Positions 11,445 through 23,734 of a stretch of DNA of 64,000 nucleotides are shown here, in pieces. This stretch comes from Monocercomonoides exilis PA203 (taxonomy: Eukaryota; Protista; Preaxostyla). A program made the translations under genes and the position numbers. The number at the start of each line of letters is the position of its first letter. Positions within the stretch are counted from its first letter, which is position 1. The stretch spans positions 1,583,473-1,647,472 of the forward strand of contig LSRY02000017.1 of NCBI GenBank assembly GCA_001643675.2. The letters are read 5' to 3'. The notes beneath the pieces are model-generated. The model was not told where the DNA came from, did no database searches, and was given only the letters and a program-made list of their open reading frames with translations.

Positions 11445-14400
11445 TTAATGGTCGTCAGTTTTGCTTCCCTTTTCTTCTCCGTTTTCATCATCAACGCTCC
11501 ACTTTATCTCTTCTTCGATGTCATCTTCAATCACTTCAGTCAGCCTGTTCCATGCAAAGCTGTATCCTCTGTGTGCAAACGGGATGAAGCGCGAGAAGCG
11601 GTCGCCGCGGCCAGCCCAGAAGCCGCGTGCAGACATGCGCCACGAATAACTCTTTCCTCTGCCGAAACTTGTGGAGATGCCGGTCAATGGACGCATTCCT
11701 CTTCGAAGGGGCACTGGAACAGAAGTAGCACGAGACAAGAGAGAAGGAGGAAGAGGAGTGTTGTCGAGGGGCGGGAGAAAGGGAGGAGGTGAGTGAGGAG
11801 AAGAGGATGGATATGAAGAAGAAGAGGAGGAGGAAGAAGAAGAAGAATATGCAGAAGGGAAGGGGAAAGGGAAAGAAGAGACAGAAGAGGTGTCCGATGA
11901 ATCAGAATGGTTTTCAAAATTAAATGAGGAGACAGATTCGTTGGCTGGCAAATGAATCGATTCTTCATCTGAGTTGGAGCTGAGCGATGTTTGTGATGAA
12001 AGTGAGCAAAGAGAAGGAGAATACGAAGAAACAGAATCAGTTTGAGTGTTCTGCTTCCGTTGCATCGAACTGAAAGTGCCATTATCTTCATCATCACTTT
12101 CGTCATTGTCATCTCCACTGGATGAGTCAAACATCAGCATTTCTTCAGAGTCCTCTTCAAAAAGAGATGACAGACTTTCACTCGAATCGCTGCTGAGTGA
12201 AGGAGAAGTGCTCGTTTCTAACAGACTTTGCTGATCTAATTCTTTTTCTTTCGCATCTTGTTCTTGTTCTCCTTTCAACTTTTTTGCTGTTTTCTTGTCT
12301 TTCTGCTTCTGCTTCTTCTTTTTCTTCTTCATTGAGCTGTTTGCAAGTTGTGCCTGCGCACTCAAAAAGGGCGGCTCTATTTGGGCTTCTTTGTAGTCGA
12401 GCCAGTCGTCGCTTATTCCTGTGCGCTTGCCATAGCGCAGAGCAAACAGCTGCTTCAGCGCCTTCAACCGGGTGGATTTGGCATAGACAGCTGGGCGACT
12501 GTCCATCTGAATGCGCATTCCTCTCCTGTTTTTGAACCGGCGCAGAGGAAAAGAGTCGTATTTGTGCTGCGATGGAGTCAATGGGCTGATGCTTGATGGA
12601 GGCGAAGAGGGAGAGGGAGAGGGAGAGGGAGAGGGAGAGGGAGAGGTTGGGGATGACATTTGTGTAGTTGGAGATGTAAAGAAAACCGATCGAGCAGAAG
12701 GAAAGGCAGTTGGGTTCATCAGAGGCACAAGCAAAGGAGGAGAAACGCTATCATCTCTTGTTCTATTGTCAGAATGTGCAAAAAAAGGTGTTGAAGAAGA
12801 GGGAGATAGAGAACGAACAGAACGAGAAGTTGGCACTTGAAGTGGCTGAGAAATGTGCTGCTGTGACATTTCGTGAGATGTGATGTGATTTGGAAAGGAT
12901 GAAGCAGAGGACGAGGCTGATGAATGAGATGACATCAATTCAGTTGCAGCATCACTCTCTGCTTTTGGCGCAGACAAAGAGAGAGAGAAAAGAGGAGAAG
13001 TGGATTGGTTGTCTGTCTGATGTGAAGTGTTGCCATTCGTGTCAGCGCTGGTTTCGCAACTTGGTTGTGTCGTCAGCGCAGAAAAAGAAGGAAGAAGAGG
13101 CTGAAATGGACTGCAGCTTGTGGCAGCAGGCGAAGGAAACAGACGGGGAAATGTTGGGTATGGCGAGTGTGTTGATGGCAAAGGAGAAGGAGAGGGAGAA
13201 GAAGATGAAGGAGATGTGGGAGAAGAAGGAGAAGAGGGGGATGTGGGTGAGGGAGGAGCATCTGCCACTTCTGCCTGGATAACTTCAGACTGAATGCTTT
13301 CGCTGTCAGAAGCAGCAGAGTCGCTGGTGTTGTTTGACTCCCCTCCAGAAAGTGCTTTCTCTTCTGTCATCCTCTTCATCTTCTTCATCAGCTTCTTCAT
13401 CTTCTTTTTTTCCTTTTTTTCCTTCTTTTTCTCTTCGCTCAGCTCTTTCTCCTCGGCACACGTCCTTCTCCCTGGAACATATCTTGCTCCACCATAAATC
13501 TTTTCATTGTCCATTCTCATCTTTCCCTCAGCACTTGAGCTTGGTGCACTTGTCAATCCATCAATGTCATCAGCGTCTGTCTCCTTGTGAGGGAGGAATA
13601 TGAATCCTCCACCAACACCTCGCTCATCTCCTTCTCTGCTTCTGCTGTCTTCTCCACACACAACCCACTGCATGTCCCTCTGCCTCTTGTTTGCTCGGTG
13701 GATGCCTTGTCTAATCGCCTTCTCTCGTGTGACACCCGGGTGTACTGTTGACTGCCCTGATGATGACTGCTTTTGCTGCTGCTTCGACGTTGGACGAGGC
13801 CTCGTCCTGCAAAAGTCAGATTTCTGTGAGAGGGCACTGCTTCTTTGAAGAGTAGCATTGGCAGCTTCTTCTGATGCTGAACTGTCACAAGTGGTGTCAT
13901 GTGGATCGTTAGAAGAAGTAGAGCTGAAGCTGCCATTATTGCGAGATGCAACATAAAGGTATGATGCCTCTATCAGCAGCTGCTCTTGAAGCAGCGTCTG
14001 CTCCCGAAGAAACTCCTCATCTGCAAATTGCTGTCCGAATTTCGCTCTTCTTTTGAGCTCATCTTTCTCATTGCTCTCTTTGGACCATCGCAACTGAGGC
14101 AGAAATCGAACACATCCGCAGCTGACGGCTGTCAAAAATTGGGGGCACGAGAAAAGGCACAAGCATATCGCTGCTTCCAAAATAAGAGAGTAAATGATGA
14201 TGAGGATTGATGATTGATTTGATTCCTGTTTGTTTTGAAATGTGTTTTAATATGAAAATAGTTTTGATTAATATCATATCACAAAAAAATACAAACCAAA
14301 AGCGTAAATGAACAGTCTCCTTCTCCCAGAGGAACAGTTACAACAATGTCGCTTTTATCAACACATGGATTTGTGCAACTTTGCAAAGATGTCTCATCAA

Positions 14401-15109
14401 CCAAAGTTGCATTGATCAAAAATGTCTGTGGAAATGGAATATTTTCGTTGCACGGTAACCAAGAAAAACGGTACAGTCCATCGTCAGTTGCAACGAATTC
14501 AAATGACGATTCCTCATTGAATGATGCTTTAATTATTTGATAAACTGAGCTGTTGTGGAAGAGAACAGAAATTTGAGCTGCACAGTGAGTTCTGGTTTGA
14601 ACTTCCCATAGCACGCTGCTTCCTTTCAAAAGAAAAAATGAAAGCTCTTTTTGTGAGCTGTCTGAACAAAAATTTAAAATGAACAACAAAAAAAATGTGC
14701 ACTAACTTGACATAAAATATGAATTTTTAATATCACGGAAATAACTGACACCAAATTTATTTGTTGTATGTATCTGGCACGAGGTGGATGAAATCTATCG
14801 AAAGATTGCACAAAAAAGGGAAAAAATCAAATGCAAACCGAAGGCTGTGAAGCATTGTTCCTAGAAAAATGTGCAGCAAATCCTTCTTTTAACTGATATG
14901 TACCAATGTAGTTTGTATCAAATTTTATAATTTCTATGAGTGCAACTGCAAGTGTTGATGCAAAAAACAAGAAAATGGAGATTACAATGATTGACTTTAA
15001 TATTGAACGAAATGTTGGACGACTTGTTGTATCCTTTTAAATTCATTAAAAGTAAAATAGATAGCAAAAAGGCATGATGTCAAACCCATTTCCAGATGAA
15101 AAAACACAT
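11445..15109 (-). CDS. Hypothetical membrane protein with long Ser/Pro/Lys low-complexity tail, multi-exon
   Basis: ATG 15109 (MCFFIWKW|DTTSRPTFRSILKSIIVISIFLFFASTLAVALI, TM-like), middle exons including ORF 14279-14689, a second TM (SILIIIYSLILEAAICLCLF), then the 911-aa ORF. Confidence 0.55.
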
Positions 15110-15414
15110 TATCAAAATGAAGTTATTGCATGGTTTTTTGTATGGGAAAGAATCATTTTTGAGTCTTTTATATTTTCATTTTTATCTCGTATAAATTCAT
15201 TTATTTACTCGTATAAATATTTTAAAGCATTCAATAACGAAAATAAAGCTTAAAAAAAACACAGTACTTGCACTCTTTATTAGATAAAAATACAAAAATT
15301 TAGAAAATCACAATATAAACTAAAAATCATAAATCTTTCACAAAATGCTGATATAAATGCACAAAATTGAAAAAGAAATTTGGCAAAAATGCTTACAACG
15401 TAACATAAAAAGAA

Positions 15415-17973
15415 TTAAGTGGGTTCATAAAACAAAGATGTGTGAGTAGAGTGTATGATGTGATGACTAATTGAAAAGGCAGGATTTGCTGGATAAAGCT
15501 CCGATGTGAGTGAAATGTCGTTTGGGAGAAAAGAGGAAGGATTGAGCTTATGCTTCATGGCAAGCAGGCAGAGCAGCCGCGGGGGAGGAGGGATGGGAAT
15601 AGGTAGCTGGTTGATGGATGAATATTGTGTATTGATTGAGTCAACAACACTGACACTTGCTTTGCGATCAGATACATTTAACATTTCAGCATTTGGCAAA
15701 GACATTGAAGAAGTATCTGGAATGAACATTTTATCTCTCAGGCTTTTTGGATTGGAATGTTCATCAGAAGAAGATGTAATGTTTAATGAGTCTGTTGTTG
15801 GTAGCAAAATCTTATTCAAAGTTGGATTTGAGATTGTGATGATAAGCGGGTGAAAAGACGAGGCAGATGACTCAAATGGATAGATCGGGTGCATTGGGCA
15901 TTTCTGTCCTCTTTCGCTGTTCCAATGCTCAACCGCAGCAGACACACTGACAATGCCTATTTTCACAGTCTGCCAATCGCCTTTGCGAAAGAAAAGAGGA
16001 TTGAAAAAAGTCTCATAAGAATGCATTTTTCGCCTTCTTTCACTGTCCATTGCTTCTTTGTCCTCTTCTTCGTTTTTGGTTTCTTCTTTTTCATTAACAA
16101 GTTCGAGCAATTTTTCATCAAATATAATTTGAGTGCCTTCTTCTGACCCTTCATCTTCAGCTAATGAAGCATCTGAGCTGTTTTGGCTGGTCTTTGAAAA
16201 ACCATTATTTATCTCTGCATCATCTTGCTTCATTGCCATCGGATGTTTGTTGCCTTCTTCTTCGTCTGCTTTCTTCTTCTCCTTCTTTTTGCTGTCTATT
16301 TCTGTCAGCATCTTCACCACTTCAATGCTCACTTTTTTCTCTTCTATCATTTTTTTCATTTTGGAGTCAACCAGCTCCTTCTTCACCGCCTGCCTTAGTT
16401 CTTCCTCTGTCTGCCTCATCCGCCGAATCTTGTCTCGCAAAATCTTCTTTATTTCCTTCACTTCTTTCATCGCTTTTCTGTCGAGCGACGATTCTTTCTC
16501 TGCATTTTCCTCCTTTTTGCATGGCTTGCATCCCTCAGTGCCTGTCTTATCCTTCAAATCTGCCTCTTCTTTCTTCTTTTGCATCTTTGGCTGCTTCTCA
16601 AAGATGCTGCGCAGAGTGATCATGTGGTCTTCAGTCGAATCGCCTGACATTCCACTTTTGATGGAGCTGTCGCTTGCTCTTTCTCGAAACTTGCTTCGGA
16701 GTTTTGCTCGTTTGGCTTCCATCTTCCTTTCTCTGTCTATTATCTTCAGAGTCTTCTTCTTTTCTGCTCGTTTTATTGCTTTTTCTATTATTTTGCTCTT
16801 TTTCTGCAGTTCTGTGTCTTCTGTCTCTGACTCCTCAGAATTGTCTGCTGAGCCTTCGTCAACATCTCCTAAAGTCATCAGTCGCATTTCTTTTCTTTCT
16901 GCCTCTTCTTTTTCGACAAACCGCTGCTCCATCCTCCTTTTGCGCCGTCTGTCGCGTGCTTCCTTCGAATTTTCAGGTGAAAGCGACATCGACATAGACG
17001 AATCGCAAAATGCTTCCATTTCCTTTTTCAGCTGCCCCATCAGCGGTGAAAATGACCCGCTTTCAGGGAGCTTCTCAGTCCAGTCAAAAACATTGTCAAA
17101 TAAGAATTCCTCCCTCTCAGCGATTTTGCGCAGAAGCTGCTGAATAAATTCATAGTCAGGTTTTGATTCAAAGTGGAGTACTCGAATATATCGCAAAAGC
17201 ATTGCAATCTCTTTTGGAGTATCGCTGCAGAGATCATCGATAGGTGTTCCCATTTTGAGGTCTGCGATCTTCGTGTATTTTTGCTGATGGGTTTTGGCTT
17301 TAATTCCCATCCAAGGAAGCTTTCCTTTGAGAAAATACAACAGCATGTACACAACAGATTCTAGATCATCTCGTCGACTTTGCTCAATCCCTATATGCGC
17401 ATTCACACTTGCATATCGTATTGTTCCTGTAATTCCCTTTGTTTCTCTATAAGGAATGTGCTGGCGAGTACGAGTGTCTCTGTACCGCTTTGCTAAGCCA
17501 AGATCAATCATATAAATAATATGTGAGGACTTTCCTCTACCAATCAAAAAGTTTTCTGGTTTTATGTCTCTATGAAGAAAATTTTTTGAATGGAGATATT
17601 CGATTCTTGAAATTAATTGGTCACCAATAAGGCATGTTGTTTTCAGTGAAAAATGCCTTTCGCATAAATGAAAAAGATCTTCTAAGCTCGGTCCAAGATA
17701 GTCCATCACCATTACGTTGCAGTCAGATTCCACTCCATACCAATATACATTTGGGATACCTTCACCTCCCTGAAGAAGTCTGTATAATTTTGTTTCATAA
17801 AATAATTGGGGTTGCGCTTGCTTAATTTTCTCAACTTTTGCAGCAACAGGCTCTCCTGTTCTGATTGAAATTCCCTTGTAAATTTCTCCAAAAGCCCCTG
17901 ATCCAATCGGATGACTTATTGAAAATCTATAAGTATGAGCAATGAGCCATTCAGTTTGATTCTGTTTTGGCAT
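15415..17973 (-). CDS. Casein kinase 1 family kinase with long C-terminal extension
   Basis: IGSGAFGEIY, LGPSLEDLF, HRDIKPENFL, IDLGLAKRY, GTIRYASVNAH, EQSRRDDLES. First ATG at 17973. Confidence 0.95.
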   Translation of the reverse strand: MPKQNQTEWLIAHTYRFSISHPIGSGAFGEIYKGISIRTGEPVAAKVEKIKQAQPQLFYETKLYRLLQGGEGIPNVYWYGVESDCNVMVMDYLGPSLEDLFHLCERHFSLKTTCLIGDQLISRIEYLHSKNFLHRDIKPENFLIGRGKSSHIIYMIDLGLAKRYRDTRTRQHIPYRETKGITGTIRYASVNAHIGIEQSRRDDLESVVYMLLYFLKGKLPWMGIKAKTHQQKYTKIADLKMGTPIDDLCSDTPKEIAMLLRYIRVLHFESKPDYEFIQQLLRKIAEREEFLFDNVFDWTEKLPESGSFSPLMGQLKKEMEAFCDSSMSMSLSPENSKEARDRRRKRRMEQRFVEKEEAERKEMRLMTLGDVDEGSADNSEESETEDTELQKKSKIIEKAIKRAEKKKTLKIIDRERKMEAKRAKLRSKFRERASDSSIKSGMSGDSTEDHMITLRSIFEKQPKMQKKKEEADLKDKTGTEGCKPCKKEENAEKESSLDRKAMKEVKEIKKILRDKIRRMRQTEEELRQAVKKELVDSKMKKMIEEKKVSIEVVKMLTEIDSKKKEKKKADEEEGNKHPMAMKQDDAEINNGFSKTSQNSSDASLAEDEGSEEGTQIIFDEKLLELVNEKEETKNEEEDKEAMDSERRRKMHSYETFFNPLFFRKGDWQTVKIGIVSVSAAVEHWNSERGQKCPMHPIYPFESSASSFHPLIITISNPTLNKILLPTTDSLNITSSSDEHSNPKSLRDKMFIPDTSSMSLPNAEMLNVSDRKASVSVVDSINTQYSSINQLPIPIPPPPRLLCLLAMKHKLNPSSFLPNDISLTSELYPANPAFSISHHIIHSTHTSLFYEPT

Positions 17974-18142
17974 AAAAACCTTCACAACTCCAATTCAGCT
18001 TCTTTTGTACTTAATTTCCAATTTTTTGCTTTGAATATTTGTTAATAAAGCAAAAATACAACTTTTAACACAATTTTTTTGATCTTTTTTTGGATTTCCC
18101 TTTACAAATTTTGATTCATTCTTAGTTTTTTATTCACATTCC

Positions 18143-19761
18143 ATGGGTCCTGAAGCCTCCAAAGATGTTACTTCACCAGTGGAATTTGAAACAAAAATAA
18201 ATACAATGATAGGACTTGGAAATGTTTGTTTAAAATATTTTTATCCAAGTATTTTTTGTTTTATTATCCTTTTGATTTAAAAACAGCTTGGAAATACTTG
18301 CTATGTAAATTCTATTTTGCAAGCGTTGTATTATTGTATTCCTTTTCGAAACGGAATGATATCATTTTATCTGAAACAAAAAGGACGGACAGAAGTTGAA
18401 GAAACGTTAGCTTACTCACTTGGAGAGCTCTATCATAGCATGTTAACCTACCCAACTCCACTCGGACAAATCCTTCCAACAAATTTTCTTATTAATCTGA
18501 AAAAGGCAAGTCCACTCTTTGAATCACCAGATCAGCAAGATGCACACGAATTCTTGAACTTTTTATTGAATTCGATTCATGACACTTTAAGCGAACAAAT
18601 GAAAATTTCAAAATCAAATCAAACTTCAACGCTTATTGATCAAGTATTTAAGGGAGAACTTTCAGTTCGCTATAGGTTTGATTCATTCTTTTCTGATTGA
18701 TAAAGAATATTAATAATCTATTCAGATGCTTAACATGCGAAACAACATCTCATCAGCATGAAGATTTTCTTCACCTCTCCGTACCAACACAGCAAAACAC
18801 TTCACTTCATCATAATATTATGCAACTTGCAAATCCAGAGCGATTAGATAGAGATAATAAATTTTTCTGCTCATACTGTCGTTCTCATCAAGAAGCCTTG
18901 AGATTATCTCGTGTAAGTACACATCCTCAAGTTCTTGTGCTTCAGCTAAGACGATTCAAATATAATCCAGAAAAATTAGTTTTGGAGAAGGATATATCTT
19001 ATGTAACAATTCCAAAGCGGCTTCGCTTAGCACAGCTTGGATGTGTAGGTGATCTTTGGGCAGACGATGAAGAGGAAGAAGAGGAAGATGGAAATGATGA
19101 AGCACTGGAGACACAAAAAGATGAAATAGGGGCAGCAAAAAAAGATGGTTCACAGGAATCTTATGAGCAGAAAAAGCAATCAGAAACACAAGAAAGCGCA
19201 AAACTCAAATCGGATCAAACTAAAAAGGAGAAAGAAACCCGAGGCATCCAATTTACTGGAGCAGGAAAAGATGCTCAGAGAGGAAACACATCTGATGGGG
19301 GAAATGGGCTTTCTTCAGACTCGACCTCTGCGACTGAAACATCTCGTGTGCTCATTGGTCACAGCGATCCATTGTATCGTCTGTCGTCGATGATTGTTCA
19401 TGTTGGGCATTCATTGTCATCAGGGCATTACATTTCAATTGTTAACTGCTGCAACAAATGGTTTATCTTCAATGACACGTCAATCACAGTGTGCTTTTTT
19501 AAATTGTTTCTCCATTTTTTCAAAGTATTTTTCCATTTTTGCATTTTTTTTTCTGAATCATTGAAATTTCGATTCAACCAGCCTTTGGATCCTGCAGATC
19601 TCCATTTCTTTTTCGGTACACCTTCTCCTCTCCCCTTAAAAATGCGTCCACCTGCTTCAATTCCAGAAGATCCTTTAACGCACTTGCAGAGGACTTTTGG
19701 ACTGAAGGCGTTTTCCAAAGGAACAGCTTACATTCTATTTTATGAGAAAATCTCGAAATGA
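18143..19761 (+). CDS. Ubiquitin-specific protease (peptidase C19, USP12/USP46-like), multi-exon
   Basis: GLGN|LGNTCYVNSILQALY Cys box, QQDAHEFLNFLL, CLTC..NKFFCSYC, LQLRRFKY, HVG..SSGHY, WFIFND, AYILFY. Confidence 0.88.
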
Positions 19762-20066
19762 ACACATTTCACATGGCTTCATCGGTAAATTATGTTCTTA
19801 TTCACTTAGCGTGAATGTTGTATGAGTTAGTCATCACTTCATTGTAATATTTTGCATCTCTTTCTTTTTTATTCTCTTTTTTAGAGGCATGTTGTTTTTA
19901 ATTTATTTTTTGAAAAAATAAAATGCATTGTAAAGGAGTGAATGGATATATTTAATTGAACTAATATTTTTGGGACTAGTTCAATTTGCGACTGTGATGT
20001 GATAAAAATATCAAAGCAATATTTCAAAATTCACTGAATATTCAAAAGGTGTTTATACTCACTATG

Positions 20067-22394
20067 CTACAAAAGAAAAGGTCTCGAAGATCCAAAAAAG
20101 GATCCAAAGGAAAGCGAATGTTTGAGAGGCGAATCGTATTGCATTGTTGATTGCTCAGACGCAAAATAGGACGGACACAGCGGAGAAGGAGTAGCAGATG
20201 GCTGTGAAGGTGACGGACTTCCAACAATATGCTGCTGAGGAGTAAAAACTTCATCAGGATGAGTCGAAACAAGACGTACAGCCATCGACTGCTCTGCTTC
20301 TGAATGGGCGGTTTCAGACGCTTTTTCTTTGGCAACGAAGTAATGTGCATAAAGTTGCTTTTCTTCTTCAGAAAGAAGAGGGCGGATGCTGCGCAGCTTT
20401 GATGCCGAATCAGAGCGATGCATTCTGCCTCTGTGCATCTCCCTTTCTGTTTCGATGTTCAGTTCTCTTCTCTGAGGAAAGTCATGATGGCGCACATGCT
20501 CCAGCTGGTCATCAAACGGAACTTGTCTCATCAAATCCTCATTCGACCGAAGAGACGAAGCAGATGCAGAATTGCTGTGATTGCACAGAATGAACGAATT
20601 CGTTTTCGTTTTATTGTCAAGTTGTTCATTCTCTTTCAGAGAAGACTCGCTGGCACTTTTCTCCCCAATATTTGAAAGTGCTTCGTTCAAAATGCTTTCC
20701 TTTTTGGAGCACATTTCAACTTCCTTGTCTTCATTAGCATCGTCTTCTGCGCATCCCTCTCCGTCGTTGTCTTCCATCACAATTCCAGACGAAGCTTCTT
20801 CATTGCAAGCTTCTTCCATTTCAATCATCACCTGTCGTCGTTTCGCTTCATTTTCTTTTTCCTCTTCAACTTGACTCCGTTTGTACTGCACTTTCATCAA
20901 GAAGATCATCAGTGTTGAAGCAACGATTGTGATGAATGATGTTAAGGTCATCCACGGCAGATCAACAAATGAATAAATCAGCAGCACAAAGAAGTAGCCA
21001 ATTGATATCCATGCAGTGATAAAACCTCCACTGATTGATTCAGAAACCGGATAGGTTTCTTCCGCACCAACTTCAAACACAAGAGGCAGCGGAGCTCCAG
21101 TCACAATCCCAAACAATGCTACAAAGAAAGAAAATACCCACAATGGAACAGGTACAATCGGCTTGCGGAATCTGTCCTGAAGAGGTATTGCCACGTTGCT
21201 TTGTGTGTTGTTGGAGCTCAACTTTCCAATTGGCAGAAACAGCAGAAACAATAAGCAAATGACAACATTTATCCCAAATAATATTAAAAGGAGCAGTTTA
21301 TCCTTTTTCCTGAAAAGTTTTGTTGACAGCCAGCTTACTAATAGTGCACCGATCACTGTTAAAAATAAATGCGCAAATGCAAAATATGCTCCGAGCGATT
21401 CGGTAGAACCGAGAGCCATATAAAAATATGGAATATTCGAACTCCAGGCCTGTGTGGCTCCAGATTGCAAACCACCCAAACAAGCTAACACCATGAATTG
21501 TGGATGTATAAAAAGTTTGATAGATTCCTTTAAGGGTTTCAATGATTGCTTTAGTTTCATCTTTACAATTTCCCTGGTCTTAATTTTTGTAGTTGAAGAA
21601 GTAACATTATTTGTTTCTAATGGCTGCATTGGCTCCTGCGTCACTGACTCACTTTGCTGAGTAACAGCTTCATCGTCTTCCTTTGCAGATTGTGAAAATG
21701 AAGGAGGAGTTGGAGGTGCTTTTGGAAAATAAGCAATAATTAGAAACGTACACAAAAATTGAAGACCTAAATGCAGATAGAGTATGTTTGGAAAATCTGA
21801 AGCTTTCCGTACAAGTATTGGTCCCAAAAGAAAACTAAGTGCCACTCCAAGAGGATTAGACTGTGAACCCAATCCAGTAGCAACGGATCTTTCAGAAGCT
21901 GGAAACCAGGTAGCGCTAACTTTTGCTGGTAATGAATACGAAAACGCATTTCCAAGGTTGTTTAACAATGAAGCCACCAGGAAAAATGTTCTTGCAAAAG
22001 GCATTAAAGAATTAATCCACGTTGGAAACATTCGTAGAAGCGTTGATAAAAATAAGCTGATTGTCGAAATCAATGTTATAAATCGTAGATCATTTGTAAG
22101 TGCTTCGATCCAAAACAAAAGGAATACGAAAACCACAAATGAAAATGCGCCAATAGATAAAAAAAGATTGAGATCTGCAACTGTCAGCCTTGCTCGTATA
22201 TAATATTGCTGGAAAGAATCGGGTACTGCACTAAATCCAAGAATTTCGAATGATTGCAGAAAACAATTCAGCGAAAACAATGTCAATATGTACCACCTTA
22301 CGGGATAGATTTTGACTTTTTGTTCGCTTTCAGGAATAGCATTCGTTTTTATTGAATGAAAATCAACAGAATTATGCATTTGCTTAAGTTCCAT
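20067..22394 (-). CDS. MFS transporter, FLVCR/SLC49-like
   Basis: About 12 hydrophobic segments; KIYPVRWYIL, SATWFPASERSVAT and EVGAEETYPVSES motifs typical of FLVCR/DIRC2. Confidence 0.85.
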   Translation of the reverse strand: MELKQMHNSVDFHSIKTNAIPESEQKVKIYPVRWYILTLFSLNCFLQSFEILGFSAVPDSFQQYYIRARLTVADLNLFLSIGAFSFVVFVFLLFWIEALTNDLRFITLISTISLFLSTLLRMFPTWINSLMPFARTFFLVASLLNNLGNAFSYSLPAKVSATWFPASERSVATGLGSQSNPLGVALSFLLGPILVRKASDFPNILYLHLGLQFLCTFLIIAYFPKAPPTPPSFSQSAKEDDEAVTQQSESVTQEPMQPLETNNVTSSTTKIKTREIVKMKLKQSLKPLKESIKLFIHPQFMVLACLGGLQSGATQAWSSNIPYFYMALGSTESLGAYFAFAHLFLTVIGALLVSWLSTKLFRKKDKLLLLILFGINVVICLLFLLFLPIGKLSSNNTQSNVAIPLQDRFRKPIVPVPLWVFSFFVALFGIVTGAPLPLVFEVGAEETYPVSESISGGFITAWISIGYFFVLLIYSFVDLPWMTLTSFITIVASTLMIFLMKVQYKRSQVEEEKENEAKRRQVMIEMEEACNEEASSGIVMEDNDGEGCAEDDANEDKEVEMCSKKESILNEALSNIGEKSASESSLKENEQLDNKTKTNSFILCNHSNSASASSLRSNEDLMRQVPFDDQLEHVRHHDFPQRRELNIETEREMHRGRMHRSDSASKLRSIRPLLSEEEKQLYAHYFVAKEKASETAHSEAEQSMAVRLVSTHPDEVFTPQQHIVGSPSPSQPSATPSPLCPSYFASEQSTMQYDSPLKHSLSFGSFFGSSRPFLL

Positions 22395-22810
22395 ATGGAC
22401 ACAAAGCAACAAGAATTTTGAAATCACTAATATGGATTATCGTTGCTAAAAAAGTTGTTTGTAAGTAATGATCTTCACACATACTATAAAATTTCAAACA
22501 TATGAATGTTTTTAAAAATGTATGTCGAAATGTTTTAAAGAAAGAAAAGATTCCAAAGTCAAACTCTCTCTCTCAATACATACCAATTTGTAATTCCGAT
22601 TAAAAACATATTCATAGAAAGAAAAAAAGATCAAACAAGGTGATGATTTGATTAGAAAAAATAACTTATAATATAAATACTGTAGATTAAGCAAAAACAG
22701 TAAATGCATATAGTTGAAATAAAAATTCAAATAAATGAAATAAAAAAAAAATTGTTTGTGATTGAGCATTCTTGGATCTACTTAATGTATGATGCTAGAA
22801 ATTAAGACGA

Positions 22811-23699
22811 TTAATCCAACGTGTAAATTGTAATTTTAGATTTGTCTGTCCAAATTAAAGCAAAATATTCTACTAAATCCACAAATGCAACTCCTATTTC
22901 CAGTACGTATCTCCCCTGGCATAGCTGCTTTGTGTCTCTCTTCTGCGATGCATCAGCAGGAGGTGCAAAAGGCACACCCTTAACAGTCCCCGAGCCAGCC
23001 GAGAAGCCAACGTGTCTTCCTTCATCGGGCGAGCCAAAGGAGGAGTCCAGAGTCGACGGGAAGCGGTGGGCGTAATTTCTGTTTGAGTGCTGTGTGGACT
23101 CGAAGAGCCACTCCTTCGCATTCACTGGCTCGTTCCTGGCAGACAGGCGGGTGATGATGCTGCGGGCGACTTGGTTGAGCGGATCGGTTGCCAAATTGCC
23201 GTCCTCTTTCTCCAATTTCACAGCGCTTAGCGGATACACTTTGAAGTACGGGTTGTACAACAGCATGGCAGGCGTTGTGAAGAGGAACTGGATGAGGATG
23301 TTTGTGTCTTCCTCTGCTTCGAAGATGGCAAAGCGTCTGAATATCTGCTGCTTGTTCGTCTTCGCCTTCTCCACCTTCCCTGCCACTCCAAACCAGCTCA
23401 GCTGATAGCGCGCTGACACCCACGGTGCAGGAATCGACTCAATAGACGCTGAATAGCCAGGCGGTGGGACGACGGTGAAGGTGAAGGGAGAGTTGTGCTC
23501 GATGCTGGAGAGCGGAGAAGGTGCAACAACTCGAAGAAAACGCTGTTTGGGAGAAGAAGTCTCTTTTTGGAACATAAATGTCATCTGTGCAGCGGAACGA
23601 TGGTACAAAAAGAACTGAGTGGACGGGGCATATCGACGCTCAATCATCACAAATGGTGAAACAGAACAAGAGCAAGAAGAAGAAGAAGATGATGATGAA

Positions 23700-23734
<35 letters not shown>
